From a virus (taxonomy: Duplodnaviria > Caudoviricetes): a stretch of DNA of 64,000 nucleotides. The notes below the pieces were generated by a model. That model ran no database searches. It worked only from the letters and a program-made list of their open reading frames with translations, and was not told where the DNA came from. The stretch covers positions 4,560-68,559 of IMG/VR virus record IMGVR_UViG_2915597211_000007. One strand, 5' to 3'. Made by a program: the position numbers and the translations under genes. Positions 53,148 to 62,658 of this stretch are shown here, one piece after another; the stretch's first letter is position 1; every line of letters begins with the position of its first letter.

Positions 53148-53214
53148 AAAAGGGGAAAATACGGCACTTTTCCAACAGTAAAATTATGCTTGACAACTTT
53201 TCCGTTTATTTTCA

Positions 53215-53337
53215 CTACATTTTTCTCAGCACATTCCACGCGATGAAATGTCGACCCCATATTCGTTCGGTCTTCGCTTCCAGCCGCGCCGCCCTCCGTA
53301 ATTGCCACGCGTGGTACCACGTTTGTATTCGTCTCAT
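53215..53337 (-). CDS. Small Arg/Trp-rich protein (40 aa)
   Basis: MRRIQTWYHAWQLRRAARLEAKTERIWGRHFIAWNVLRKM; GGAGG SD. Confidence 0.45.
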   Translation of the reverse strand: MRRIQTWYHAWQLRRAARLEAKTERIWGRHFIAWNVLRKM

Positions 53338-53500
53338 TCGCTGAGCCTCCATCATAACACGGGTTTTTACGCCTACTGCCGCACCCTGTCCGTTATATCC
53401 CGATATGACCGTTACTGACCCGACATGCCCGTTAAATACGCTTAATTTTCGCGAAAATAGCGCTTGACACGTTTTCTATCTCCGCATCCCCCTTTTCTCG

Positions 53501-54286
53501 TCATTGCTTACGCATTCCACGCTTGCTCTCGCCTACAAACGGAACCACCGCGCATTGATCCCGCACGCGATCCTCCAGCCGCTTATCGAACACGTCCGCG
53601 AGCTCTTCGATTGTGACGTTCGATGTGTACACGGTAGGCATTCGGTTTGTTACGCGGTGGTTGATCACCGCATGCAGGTCGCCTCTGAGCGCATCGCTCG
53701 CGTCACGTACGCCGATATCATCCATCACGACGAATGGCGTTGTCTTTGCGTATTCCATCGCGCGATAGTACGCCTCTGACGCTGGCTCTGCGATATGGTC
53801 CGGAACACGCGGTCGATTGAACGCGTTAAATTGCGTCTGCCACTCGTTTACGTCCAGGAAATATACCGGTCGGTTCAGCGGTCGCCTATTCCGCTGAAGC
53901 GATCCGATATAATGACGGATGAGATACGTATTAGCAATCGCGGCTGCGGTCGTAGTTTTTCCGGTGCCGGTCGCGAGTGAATACAGGTATAGCGATTTGA
54001 TACGTTGCTCCCGATCGTCCGAAAATTGGCGTTCGAACGTCACCACGTACGCCTCTACAATCGCGTACGCCTTCGCTTGGTCAGCGCGCGCTACCGAGTT
54101 CGCGACCGTTACTTGGCGGTAATCGGTCGGGATGGCTGCGGCTGCTACCCGTCCTCCTGCGCCAGATGCGCCGTGGAGCGCAATAAAATGTGGGCAGAGA
54201 CGGGTGCATACGGTCGGGTCCGAGGACGTACGGCAGGGTTCGCGTAGGATGCAGGATGCCGCGTTGGTGCGTGTGGTTACGGTCAA
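53501..54286 (-). CDS. DnaC/IstB-like helicase-loader ATPase
   Basis: TGTGKTT, VMDDIG and HRVTNRMPTVYTSN motifs; N-terminal Cys cluster. Confidence 0.9.
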   Translation of the reverse strand: MTVTTRTNAASCILREPCRTSSDPTVCTRLCPHFIALHGASGAGGRVAAAAIPTDYRQVTVANSVARADQAKAYAIVEAYVVTFERQFSDDREQRIKSLYLYSLATGTGKTTTAAAIANTYLIRHYIGSLQRNRRPLNRPVYFLDVNEWQTQFNAFNRPRVPDHIAEPASEAYYRAMEYAKTTPFVVMDDIGVRDASDALRGDLHAVINHRVTNRMPTVYTSNVTIEELADVFDKRLEDRVRDQCAVVPFVGESKRGMRKQ

Positions 54287-54402
54287 ATCGCGTTCACCTC
54301 CGTTTTAATCCTTACACTATTATTAATACCCGGAACATGCTTGAAACTAAATAGTGGTGTGGATATTTTTTTGAAAGAGTCGTTATCACAAGTAATGTTG
54401 TG

Positions 54403-54795
54403 TTAAGAAATCGTTATTGGCTCATTCTTTTTTACTGGAGAAACTCCGTACTGAACGACAACTTCTCTTACATAGCGAATTGTAGAACCGCAATTGCCGC
54501 ACTCTGTCTCGCCTTCATCCTGTAATTCAAATGCGTCTTGATCAACTTCTTTGCAGTATGGGCATATGAATTCATCGTGCCAGTCGTCTTCAACTTCATC
54601 TTCTTCAACAAAATTGATTTCTCTGAGTCCCTTCACTTTTTGTAATGGGCTCGAAGCACATACTTTGTACGTTTTTCCATCTATCAGAAGATTGTTTTCG
54701 AAATTTGGCTCAGATTCAACAACAGTGATCAGTTCCATCCCTTCATAATCTTTCGCCCAAAATTTCTTTTGGTCGTAGAGTCGTAATTGCCACAC
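54403..54795 (-). CDS. Zinc-finger hypothetical protein
   Basis: CPYC...CGNC. Confidence 0.7.
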   Translation of the reverse strand: MWQLRLYDQKKFWAKDYEGMELITVVESEPNFENNLLIDGKTYKVCASSPLQKVKGLREINFVEEDEVEDDWHDEFICPYCKEVDQDAFELQDEGETECGNCGSTIRYVREVVVQYGVSPVKKNEPITIS

Positions 54796-54833
54796 AGCCC
54801 ATCCCTCCGTTTTATCAAATCTATTGGCGATTG

Positions 54834-55058
54834 CTAGTTGAAATAAAATTCGTTTTTCTCAAACGGAACCTCACTCATGCTGATATGCATGGTTGAACCG
54901 AAGATTTGGAACAGTTGCCATAGGAGGAATTTGTAATAACCTAGAACATCTGGCTGCGGCATAGATGTAGGAACCTGCTCATAATGCTTCGTTAATACCT
55001 TAACGCCGAAATCGGTTAGCTTTACCTTGCAGCACTCATTCATGTTTACTGCTATCAC
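54834..55058 (-). CDS. Hypothetical protein
   Basis: VKLTDFG and LWQLFQIFG motifs, common in phages. Confidence 0.65.
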   Translation of the reverse strand: MIAVNMNECCKVKLTDFGVKVLTKHYEQVPTSMPQPDVLGYYKFLLWQLFQIFGSTMHISMSEVPFEKNEFYFN

Positions 55059-55094
55059 ACCTAAACCTCCCCGTTTATCACATCGATTGAAATG

Positions 55095-55514
55095 TTAAAT
55101 TGCTTCTTTCAAAAGTGAGTCAGTATCCTTTTCTACAAAACGCTCCCAATCCCCGAAATACTCTTTTTCCGCCGTTCCATCCAACGCTAAAGCCAGTACA
55201 ATATCGAAGTCGAACCAATGGCTTATAGGGGTGTATACGTCTTTTGCATCATCATAAAATCCGCAATCTGTGTAGTATGTCTCGCCGTCCTCTGTTTCAG
55301 GAATCCTGTCATTTGAGCAATAGACATAAGCTTCAATTCCCTCCTCATAACTCCCGCCTTCCATTTCAAGAGTGGGCTTTCCACACTTAGGGCAGATGCT
55401 TGCTGCATGTATGAGCAATTTCATTCGATCAAAGTAACGAACGCGAATCCGTGCCATCTTCATTGAGCAGTTAACGTTTTTGGCGTATGCTTCAACTCGT
55501 TTTTTCAATCCCAT
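55095..55514 (-). CDS. Hypothetical protein (Cys-containing)
   Basis: CPKC motif; SD present. Confidence 0.65.
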   Translation of the reverse strand: MGLKKRVEAYAKNVNCSMKMARIRVRYFDRMKLLIHAASICPKCGKPTLEMEGGSYEEGIEAYVYCSNDRIPETEDGETYYTDCGFYDDAKDVYTPISHWFDFDIVLALALDGTAEKEYFGDWERFVEKDTDSLLKEAI

Positions 55515-55546
55515 GCTTACCCTCCTTTACAAATCGTGTGATGTGT

Positions 55547-55765
55547 TTAGCTGTATTTCGCTTTACAGTCTTTGCAATAATTCTTGAATGTTCCGTCACC
55601 GTAGTTTTTGAATGTATAGTAGCTTCGTATTGCGCCGTTCATTCGATTGTCAAAGCCTAAAGGTGAAGTTGTTTCGGCTATAACAGTTTCTTTTCGGCAA
55701 TCATCACAAATGACAGTGGTTTTATAAGTCTTTACCTCTTCCACTCTGAAAGACACTAATTTCAC
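55547..55765 (-). CDS. Small zinc-finger protein
   Basis: CDDC...CKDC. Confidence 0.6.
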   Translation of the reverse strand: MKLVSFRVEEVKTYKTTVICDDCRKETVIAETTSPLGFDNRMNGAIRSYYTFKNYGDGTFKNYCKDCKAKYS

Positions 55766-55795
55766 CCCATTCTATTCAATTACCGATGTGTTAAG

Positions 55796-56575
55796 TCAGC
55801 TTGCTGGAGCGTCTACAAAGCACCCGCAGCCGCCAATATCGAACATATCGATCTGTTGGTTCGCTTCTATATCCTCACGCAGCTGGCGAAGAGTGTACGT
55901 TTGTTTCCGTCCGTTTCTTACGCGTTTCAGTATGGAAACGTCCTTCCCAAGATACAGCCGCATCTCTTCTTCCTTTGCCTCGTGCTCAGCGAACCTTTCA
56001 GGCATTTCCCTCAGTAGCCGGGCGAAGTGGCCTTGTCCAGCACGGACGCAGAATCCTCCGCAGTTGTTATGTGCGAACCCCATTTCGTAGAGCCGAGGCT
56101 GCTTAATTCCGATCAATTCCAGCTCTGCAATCATTTCCGATTTGTCCAAATACGGCTCGTGCGCCATCGGGAACTCCACTTTATAAGGTACCCAGTTCTT
56201 TATCACCGAGGGTATCCGGTGCGTTTCCGTCCAATCTATCCCGAGATACAAGATACAATTGTCGGGAGAGAAGTTTTCCTCTACCCATTTGCGCGCTGGT
56301 TCCTGCTTCAGCATGTGTGAGCATTGCGCAATCCTGGAGTTACCGATAAAGCGTTTGTGCTTGAATATCTCCCATGGAGTCCGTCCCTCTGCCAACCGGA
56401 CGTAATCGCATCCTGTTTCTTCAACCGTTTCGTCGATGAATCGGTAGAGGTCCTCATCTTCAATTAGAGTGTCGGTGAAAAGCAGGATGACGTTCTCCTT
56501 GCCATGCTGGGCAATTACGCGCTTTGCGGCCGCCCAACTACCGATCCCACCGGAGTACATGACCACATGTTTCAT
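55796..56575 (-). CDS. PAPS-reductase-like PP-loop (adenine nucleotide alpha hydrolase) protein
   Basis: VVMYSGGIGS, LFTDT..ED, HNNCGGFCVRAG and GGCGCF motifs; probable ATG at 56575. Confidence 0.75.
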   Translation of the reverse strand: MKHVVMYSGGIGSWAAAKRVIAQHGKENVILLFTDTLIEDEDLYRFIDETVEETGCDYVRLAEGRTPWEIFKHKRFIGNSRIAQCSHMLKQEPARKWVEENFSPDNCILYLGIDWTETHRIPSVIKNWVPYKVEFPMAHEPYLDKSEMIAELELIGIKQPRLYEMGFAHNNCGGFCVRAGQGHFARLLREMPERFAEHEAKEEEMRLYLGKDVSILKRVRNGRKQTYTLRQLREDIEANQQIDMFDIGGCGCFVDAPAS

Positions 56576-56583
56576 CGGCAATT

Positions 56584-56593
56584 CCCCCCCCCC
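56584..56593. repeat. G10 homopolymer (minus strand) at the ribosome-binding region
   Basis: Ten consecutive C on the plus strand, ending 8 nt before the ATG at 56575. Confidence 0.85.
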
Positions 56594-56636
56594 TCTTACC
56601 TCAATAACTAGTATGTTAAATCCACGTAGGACCCAC

Positions 56637-56804
56637 TTATTTGCTCTCAGATTGCTCCAACCGCCGAGCCTTTGCAGCAAGTTGCATTGCCTTTGTTCTA
56701 AGGTCTCCTGCTCTATCAAGATCACCTTTCAAGGCAGCTCGTTTTGACCTTGTTTCCCAAAGACCTGCTCTATCAAGTAATTTATTGACCTCACGTTTTG
56801 ACAT
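56637..56804 (-). CDS. Small basic hypothetical protein
   Basis: MSKREVNKLLDRAGLWETRSKRAA...; GGAGG SD. Confidence 0.6.
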   Translation of the reverse strand: MSKREVNKLLDRAGLWETRSKRAALKGDLDRAGDLRTKAMQLAAKARRLEQSESK

Positions 56805-56857
56805 GTATATACCTCCCCCATCCAATTACAATTAATCTAAATACACAATGTGATAAA

Positions 56858-57085
56858 TCAGTACAGTTTACAGTCGTTCAGGTGGTCGATCATATCGTTA
56901 AGCCTTTTGTTTACTTCACTCTTGAACGACTCTATGATTTCCTCGTCATTTTCACCTTCAAGTTCAACCGAGGTTGACGCTGATTCGTAAGGCAGTAGCA
57001 CATCAACGCTCATTTCCTCAAGGTTTATACTTTCAATTTGAATATCGCCTTTGCAAAGCTGTTTCAGTTGCATTTCAAGACCCAT
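56858..57085 (-). CDS. Acidic hypothetical protein
   Basis: AAGGAGG SD; first gene after a TGATATAAT extended -10. Confidence 0.65.
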   Translation of the reverse strand: MGLEMQLKQLCKGDIQIESINLEEMSVDVLLPYESASTSVELEGENDEEIIESFKSEVNKRLNDMIDHLNDCKLY

Positions 57086-57202
57086 TTTCTATTCCTCCTT
57101 ATCTCCCTGAGCATTGTGATAAATGCCCAATTATATCATTGACAATCATGGAAATACCCTCCAATATGGTAATATGTGTAAGTTAAGAAAGGAGAGATTC
57201 CC

Positions 57203-57511
57203 TTGCTTCCTGTCTTCGGTATTGCGCTTGTAGCACTCAGCCTAATTTTTAATATCCCAACAGTGAATTTTATATGCTTACTAGCTGCCGCGATTCTTTT
57301 AATTGTTAGTGAACTTGTATCCAATCAGCAGAGGGTCTCTAAGATTTTGTTGTTTTCCGCAATGTTTAGCGTTATGGTTCTTCCGCTTTTCAATTTTTGG
57401 AAACAGGTAAATCTATCACACAGCCATTCCGATGCAACGTTGGCGGTTTTGGGTCTGTGTCTTGTGGTCATTGGATTTCGAAATCGTATTTTTACCAGAA
57501 AGGTAGCGTAA
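57203..57511 (+). CDS. Four-helix membrane protein (moron)
   Basis: Hydrophobic throughout; AAAGGAG SD; own terminator; AT-rich; opposite strand. Confidence 0.75.
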   Translation: MLPVFGIALVALSLIFNIPTVNFICLLAAAILLIVSELVSNQQRVSKILLFSAMFSVMVLPLFNFWKQVNLSHSHSDATLAVLGLCLVVIGFRNRIFTRKVA

Positions 57512-57515
57512 ACTC

Positions 57516-57540
57516 TCCCCAGCTTTGGGGAATTTTTTTT
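57516..57540 (+). terminator. Intrinsic terminator of the moron
   Basis: TCCCC-AGCTTT-GGGGA followed by T8. Confidence 0.7.
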
Positions 57541-57544
57541 GTTA

Positions 57545-57949
57545 TCACAGCCACTCCGCAATCTCCTCCGCACTCGGCGCACTCACCACCGCCTGCCCCC
57601 GCATCTCCTCCCGTCTCACCTCCGCCAGCACTTTCGGAAGCACCCGGTCTCTCATATACGTATACATAAACGTAAAGTTGAGTCCGGGATACTCCGCTTT
57701 TGGTACGTAATCGCGGAAGCACCCGTCGATAAACTTCCGCACGACCTGCACGCCATGCTCGCCCACCATCCGCTTAATCACGCCTTGTTCCATCCGCCAG
57801 CCACCGCGCCCAGGTACGTACGCGATTCCGTAGAGTTCCGTGTGGCGGTCGCGGAGAAATTCCGTAAAGCTGACCGTGTTCCAGTCCGCTATGTTCCGGT
57901 TGCGCCAGTCCTTGGCGGGCGGTAGCTTCGGTTTAGTTACGCGAGTCAT
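57545..57949 (-). CDS. Hypothetical (replication-region) protein
   Basis: MTRVTKPKLPPAKDWRNR...YPGLNFTFMYTY. Confidence 0.7.
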   Translation of the reverse strand: MTRVTKPKLPPAKDWRNRNIADWNTVSFTEFLRDRHTELYGIAYVPGRGGWRMEQGVIKRMVGEHGVQVVRKFIDGCFRDYVPKAEYPGLNFTFMYTYMRDRVLPKVLAEVRREEMRGQAVVSAPSAEEIAEWL

Positions 57950-58596
57950 CGGCTCACCTCCTCCCAACGTTCGTGTCCGCATTTGTCGCACGTATATCCG
58001 CGCGTCACCTTCTGCTGTCCCTCACCTAGCGCCCAATCAATCGAGCGAATATACTGACGCGCGACCAGTGGAGATTGAAACCTCGGGACACCAACGCCGA
58101 CACCGCCTTCACGTAAGTTTACGTCGTTCCACGCATGGGCGCGAATCATCACTAACACCTCACGCTTCCGCTTAACCTCCGACTCCAACTCGCGAATCCG
58201 CGCCAGCAACTTCCCGTTCTCCTGACCTTCGCGTTGTAGTAGCGTTTTGTTGAACGAGTGCAGATGGGCGTTCTCCGTTTCGGCTGCTACCGCACGATCC
58301 CGCATCTCAACGTACTCGCGATTCGTATAATTCCGCCCATCCGGTCCGTGCGACTCCAAAATCGCCTCTGCCGTCTTTGCACGTTCGATTGCGTGAGTCC
58401 ATCCTGTGCGGGCTTCGGCGATGAAACGGGCGGTCGCTCCTTTCCCCGTGTAGGCTACCGTGTGACCATCGCGATAAACACCGAACGCATGAATGTCTAA
58501 ATATCCCGGAAACATTACGGTCGGCCTCCACGACCAAGGCCCCGCCGTTGCCTCGTTACATATCGCTAAGTCTGCGTGTAGATCACGTTTGCTCAT
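57946..58596 (-). CDS. Hypothetical protein (ATAGPW motif, coiled coil)
   Basis: ADLAICNEATAGPW and ARFIAEARTGW motifs; probable ATG at 58596. Confidence 0.65.
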   Translation of the reverse strand: MSKRDLHADLAICNEATAGPWSWRPTVMFPGYLDIHAFGVYRDGHTVAYTGKGATARFIAEARTGWTHAIERAKTAEAILESHGPDGRNYTNREYVEMRDRAVAAETENAHLHSFNKTLLQREGQENGKLLARIRELESEVKRKREVLVMIRAHAWNDVNLREGGVGVGVPRFQSPLVARQYIRSIDWALGEGQQKVTRGYTCDKCGHERWEEVSR

Positions 58597-58958
58597 CGCG
58601 TAGCACCTCCGATAACGTTCATGATTTCGCGGATCGCGTAATATTCCGGATTCATTACATACAGTAAGCCCGTGAATGCCATCATTAAGGCCGCTATTGC
58701 TACGACTCCACCGAAGATGGAGAACAGTGGAAAGGCAATACCCCAATCACTTTCATAATTATTCCGTGTTTCTACATGTTTACTGTACATCCAGCGTACC
58801 AATACCGCGAAGAACACAAGGTAGATCAAGCTTCCGATAATATAAACGACACCCTCCGCTACCATCTGCGTAAGCAGTACTCCATAAACGTGTTCCGCCG
58901 CGACTCCGAGTTTCGCCGCCATCTGTTCGATATACTCCGTCATCTTATCCGTGCTCAT
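58593..58958 (-). CDS. Membrane protein
   Basis: LAAKLGVAAEHVYGVL and NPEYYAIREI motifs; two transmembrane segments. Confidence 0.75.
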   Translation of the reverse strand: MSTDKMTEYIEQMAAKLGVAAEHVYGVLLTQMVAEGVVYIIGSLIYLVFFAVLVRWMYSKHVETRNNYESDWGIAFPLFSIFGGVVAIAALMMAFTGLLYVMNPEYYAIREIMNVIGGATR

Positions 58959-59230
58959 TCCGCATTCCCTCCGCTTTCTCCCGTATTTAGCGCTTGTTGC
59001 GCCATGATCCGTAACACTTCGTATCCCATCGCATCGAGCCCGAATGGCGCTTCGTAATGGGCGATTTCGGCAAGTGCGGCGCGCAGGCGGATGATTTCTG
59101 CGAGGAGTATCGGGACGTCATCCTCCGCCACATCGTAAAGCAGTTGTTTTCCTTCCATACCGCCTGTACCCGCCTTCTCCGCGCGCTCCCGGATCGCGGC
59201 GAGCATTTCCGGTGTCAATTTCGTAGTCAT
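58955..59230 (-). CDS. Hypothetical protein
   Basis: LAAIRERAEKA...DVPILLAEI.RLR. Confidence 0.65.
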   Translation of the reverse strand: MTTKLTPEMLAAIRERAEKAGTGGMEGKQLLYDVAEDDVPILLAEIIRLRAALAEIAHYEAPFGLDAMGYEVLRIMAQQALNTGESGGNAE

Positions 59231-59610
59231 TGCGCTACACCTCCGTATCTTTGCGCTGCTCTACGTGCTCCAATCGCTCCACTAATCGGAGCTCCTACGC
59301 GAGTACACTCCGCAACGAACTCTTGATCGGCGTCATTGTTCGGCAAGCCCAGCGTAAACAATCGCCAGTGAACGAGTTCGTGTAGTAGCGTGCCGAGAAC
59401 GTCATCACGCGTTCGTTTTGCGTTCACCCATCGGCTCATGCGGATTTCGCGAAGAGAGTCATCCGCAGTAGATAGGATGAAATAGCCGCGCCATGCCCGC
59501 CATTTCGCGTTAGTCAGCCGGATCGTCCCCGTATAGTCAACGCCCCACCACTTGCGGCACATTTCGTTGGCGGCCGCATAGAGTTCGTCTAGCGTTAGGT
59601 TTCCGTCCAT
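59227..59610 (-). CDS. SprT-like zinc metalloprotease
   Basis: TLLHELVH (HExxH). Confidence 0.75.
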   Translation of the reverse strand: MDGNLTLDELYAAANEMCRKWWGVDYTGTIRLTNAKWRAWRGYFILSTADDSLREIRMSRWVNAKRTRDDVLGTLLHELVHWRLFTLGLPNNDADQEFVAECTRVGAPISGAIGARRAAQRYGGVAQ

Positions 59611-59727
59611 ATTCGAGACACCTCCTCGTTATTAGCGTCTAAACAGCGTTATTCAGCGTCATTACTCGGGCGTGACCGAATACCCTCCGCGAATAAGAAC
59701 GCGGCTAGAAACGGCCTTAGAATTCGT

Positions 59728-59820
59728 CTACGCGCGTGTATTCTTCGTGGCGTATGCGTGTAGCAAACGTATCTTTGTAGCGCGGGATAGGGTGCGCCAG
59801 GTTCCGGTGCGGATTCGCAT
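59728..59820 (-). CDS. Small basic peptide (30 aa)
   Basis: MRIRTGTWRTLSRATKIRLLHAYATKNTRA; AAAGGAG SD. Confidence 0.4.
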   Translation of the reverse strand: MRIRTGTWRTLSRATKIRLLHAYATKNTRA

Positions 59821-59838
59821 GGTGGCGGGCTCCTTTCG

Positions 59839-60699
59839 TTAGGATGCTTTTTTCTTAATTCTAATACCGTTCCAAAAGTTCATTTTTGAATTTCGCTGTA
59901 CCGTAATAGATACGCCAGGGATCAATCGAATCAATTCTTTAGTAAAATTATCTTTACCTAACATCGAGTAACCATTAGCTTCGCACCAATGCTCGTACTG
60001 TTCGTACAAAGTTTGAGTCTTCTCAGCTATTCCACGACCAATTTCGCATTCTTCTGAAATAAACAATGTGACTAACGAACGCGTCTCAACTTGTTCGGTC
60101 CTTATTGCAGTCATAATGGCGCTGTCGTTATTGAGAGTTCCGTATTCCTGCATGACCATGAACCACACCACTTCGCAGTACTTTTGTACTCTCTCCTCAA
60201 ACACAGCGTGTAGGGAACTGTTTCTTCTAAGTTTATCGAAAAACTCTGTTCTAGCGCGTTTGTCAATTCGGCCCATTGTTTTCTCTGCGAGATGCATGTA
60301 CTTTCCTCGTTCTGTTACCGCTCCCGGTATTTCAAGAATAGATGCAAGAGATTTATTGAAATGAGCACCGAATGATTTTGCAGTATTTTGAGTAAACCCA
60401 ACGAAGTCCTTGAAAAACTCGTAAACTGCACGTTTTAACGCGAGAGGTGCGTGCTCAGTCATACTCAGAGTCTTCGCGAGGGATATTGTTTCTTGAACAT
60501 ATCGACAGATATCTCGCTTCAAACGTTCGTTTTCGCTAACCTCAATCGCGTAGAGTCCTGCTCTCTCAACTTCGTTGGACTGTGCGTATACCTTCATCTT
60601 CTCGCGCTCAACGACACCGACGGGCGTGCTTGATACTAGTGCCAAGTCAAAACCGAAAAACTCCTTAACAAGTACGTTTGGGTCAATTGCGTTTTTCAT
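59839..60699 (-). CDS. Hypothetical protein with C-terminal primase/D5-like winged helix
   Basis: FISEEC...LYEQYEHWCEANG...KDNFTKEL...WNGIRI. Confidence 0.7.
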   Translation of the reverse strand: MKNAIDPNVLVKEFFGFDLALVSSTPVGVVEREKMKVYAQSNEVERAGLYAIEVSENERLKRDICRYVQETISLAKTLSMTEHAPLALKRAVYEFFKDFVGFTQNTAKSFGAHFNKSLASILEIPGAVTERGKYMHLAEKTMGRIDKRARTEFFDKLRRNSSLHAVFEERVQKYCEVVWFMVMQEYGTLNNDSAIMTAIRTEQVETRSLVTLFISEECEIGRGIAEKTQTLYEQYEHWCEANGYSMLGKDNFTKELIRLIPGVSITVQRNSKMNFWNGIRIKKKAS

Positions 60700-60701
60700 G
60701 C

Positions 60702-61925
60702 TTAAACCACCTCGATCAATTTATTTGGTTCGGTTACGTCAATAACCGTAATACCCGATTCGTGCTCAATACCCCCGATTAGTTCGTTCGTCAGCCGCTC
60801 AGCCAGACGCAGCTCACTCAACAGCCTGTCCAACAACTGGCGGTCAGCGTTTACGATAACATCGCCAGCAAATCGATCGCTTTCGAGGAATACTTTTAGA
60901 TGACCGTTTGCTCCCGTAATTGAACGGTAGATATCGTATAGCGGACTTTCCTGCTGGTGCTTGACAGAACGTTCCAGCCGTTCGAGCTGCCGAATACGAT
61001 CGTAACTCTGAACAAGTGACGCTTCCAATTCGTCTCGCTCTCGTTCTATTTCGCGAAGTCTACGCTCAATATCAGGTGGTACGGTCTCTTTAACTGTTTC
61101 GATGACTTGCGGCTCTTGCGTCTCAAGCTCTTCTATACGGGAAGCCAGCGACTCTTTTTCCCGTTTCTCTTTCGCGAGCTCTCGCTCCAATCGCGCAACC
61201 ACTTCGCTGAATTCCACGCCAGTGTCGCGCGACTCCTTCGCAACCTGACTAATTTCCTTCGCCTGCTCAACGGTCGTGCTTGCGATAGATTCCGCGCCAC
61301 GGACAGTGAGTAACGCGCGTTGCTCGTCTTCGGTCAGACCAGCCAGCGTAGAGGCGGCAGTTGTACCGAGTTCACCCGCGGAGACTAGCGATTGGATTTC
61401 GGGGATGAGCGCGTTTAGTCGCATGAGTGATTTTGCAGTTCTCTCACTCATATCGAACTCATCCGCCAAGTCTACAATTTTTTTTGGAGTGCAATTTTCG
61501 CCTTCTATAACGCTCCTTTTACCAGCACTTCCCTCGCGTATTTTCCAATGTCGTGCCATGAACTCCATCTGTCTAGCGATTTTAATAGGGTCGCTCTCTG
61601 GCTCTCCACGTCGTTCTCTGTTATCTGCAATAAGTAGATACTCAACATACTCTTCCGCATCAACTATCCCATTCTTGACGTCATCATTTTCATTTGGGTC
61701 AATAACCTCGATTGGAACATTTGTTAGTCCGATATCTTTCGCGATCCTCAGTCGCTGGTTACCACTGATTACTGTAAAGTTCGTAGTCACTTTCAATGGG
61801 TCGCGGACTCCGTATGTCGCAATGCTACGTTTGATCTCCTCATATCTATCCCCGCTAATGTCTGAAAAATAGTGTTCGTTTTTAGGATGAGGATTGAGTT
61901 TTTCAATCGAAATTCTACCTGCCAT
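60702..61925 (-). CDS. ParB N-terminal-domain protein with HTH and coiled coil
   Basis: ISIEKLNPHPKN...SI..YGV.DPL.V...ISGNQRLR. Confidence 0.8.
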   Translation of the reverse strand: MAGRISIEKLNPHPKNEHYFSDISGDRYEEIKRSIATYGVRDPLKVTTNFTVISGNQRLRIAKDIGLTNVPIEVIDPNENDDVKNGIVDAEEYVEYLLIADNRERRGEPESDPIKIARQMEFMARHWKIREGSAGKRSVIEGENCTPKKIVDLADEFDMSERTAKSLMRLNALIPEIQSLVSAGELGTTAASTLAGLTEDEQRALLTVRGAESIASTTVEQAKEISQVAKESRDTGVEFSEVVARLERELAKEKREKESLASRIEELETQEPQVIETVKETVPPDIERRLREIERERDELEASLVQSYDRIRQLERLERSVKHQQESPLYDIYRSITGANGHLKVFLESDRFAGDVIVNADRQLLDRLLSELRLAERLTNELIGGIEHESGITVIDVTEPNKLIEVV

Positions 61926-62005
61926 ATCATTACCTCTCTTCTTCGCGGATGTATCGAATGTGACACATCCTTCTTTATCAATGAATGACCTCGCGAACGA
62001 ATAGT

Positions 62006-62062
62006 GAGCGATATCTTTTATCTAGTTTAAAGATGGTTATTGTTTAAAGATGGTTATTGTTA
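62006..62062. repeat. 17-bp tandem repeat plus a 15-mer shared with 24143-24157
   Basis: GTTTAAAGATGGTTATT twice (62026-62059); TGAGCGATATCTTTT at 62006-62020. Confidence 0.8.
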
Positions 62063-62065
62063 GTG

Positions 62066-62518
62066 TCAAGTAGAGCCATGTACGGATCGAGCCGTGTCGG
62101 GTGCGCTTGACATGGCTTCCGCCTCCCCGCTAAATATCGCAAGCTGACTGACCGGCAGCACCGTATACCGCATATTATCGAACCGCTGACTCCCGCCCTC
62201 CCTTCCTTTTGTCGCGTGAACCAACGGACGTCCCCGCCACCTATACGATAGCAACGAACTAATCCGCTTTCCTGCCGTCTGGCGTGATACTCCGAGCCTC
62301 TTCGCGATATGTTCCTGCGACGGGTAGCAATCGCCGTTTGCGTCCATGAACGAAGCGAGTACGCACAGCGTTTGCCATCGATCCGCACCCATGTCCGCGA
62401 TGAGACCGGAAATGGCGGCGTCTACGTACATTTTTACGAAGATGCGCGTCTCCCTACGGCCGGTGGTGACGGAATATTCCGATTGAGTTTCGACTGATAC
62501 GAGGTTTTGCTCCGACAT
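62066..62518 (-). CDS. HTH replication-initiator-like protein
   Basis: WQTLCVLASFMDANGDCYPSQEHIAKRLGVSRQT; GGAGGGG SD before the ATG at 62518. Confidence 0.75.
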   Translation of the reverse strand: MSEQNLVSVETQSEYSVTTGRRETRIFVKMYVDAAISGLIADMGADRWQTLCVLASFMDANGDCYPSQEHIAKRLGVSRQTAGKRISSLLSYRWRGRPLVHATKGREGGSQRFDNMRYTVLPVSQLAIFSGEAEAMSSAPDTARSVHGST

Positions 62519-62658
62519 CGTTCCCCTCCATCCTATTATTAATATATAGAGCACACTAAGAAGGGCAGATTGGTACATCACTCCCAATTTTTTTTTGCTA
62601 TCTACTCCGTTATTCGTACGTAAAATGATCTCGCACACTTTCCGGTGAAATTTTTCCG

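Noticed and set aside
54313-54350. SigB promoter or SOS box upstream of the DnaC-like gene
   Set aside because: GTTT-to-GGGTAT spacing is too short for SigB, and only half of a LexA box is present
62044-62388. Frameshifted extension of the Rep-like HTH gene
   Set aside because: All three frames close within the 17-bp tandem repeat; no longer product can be built
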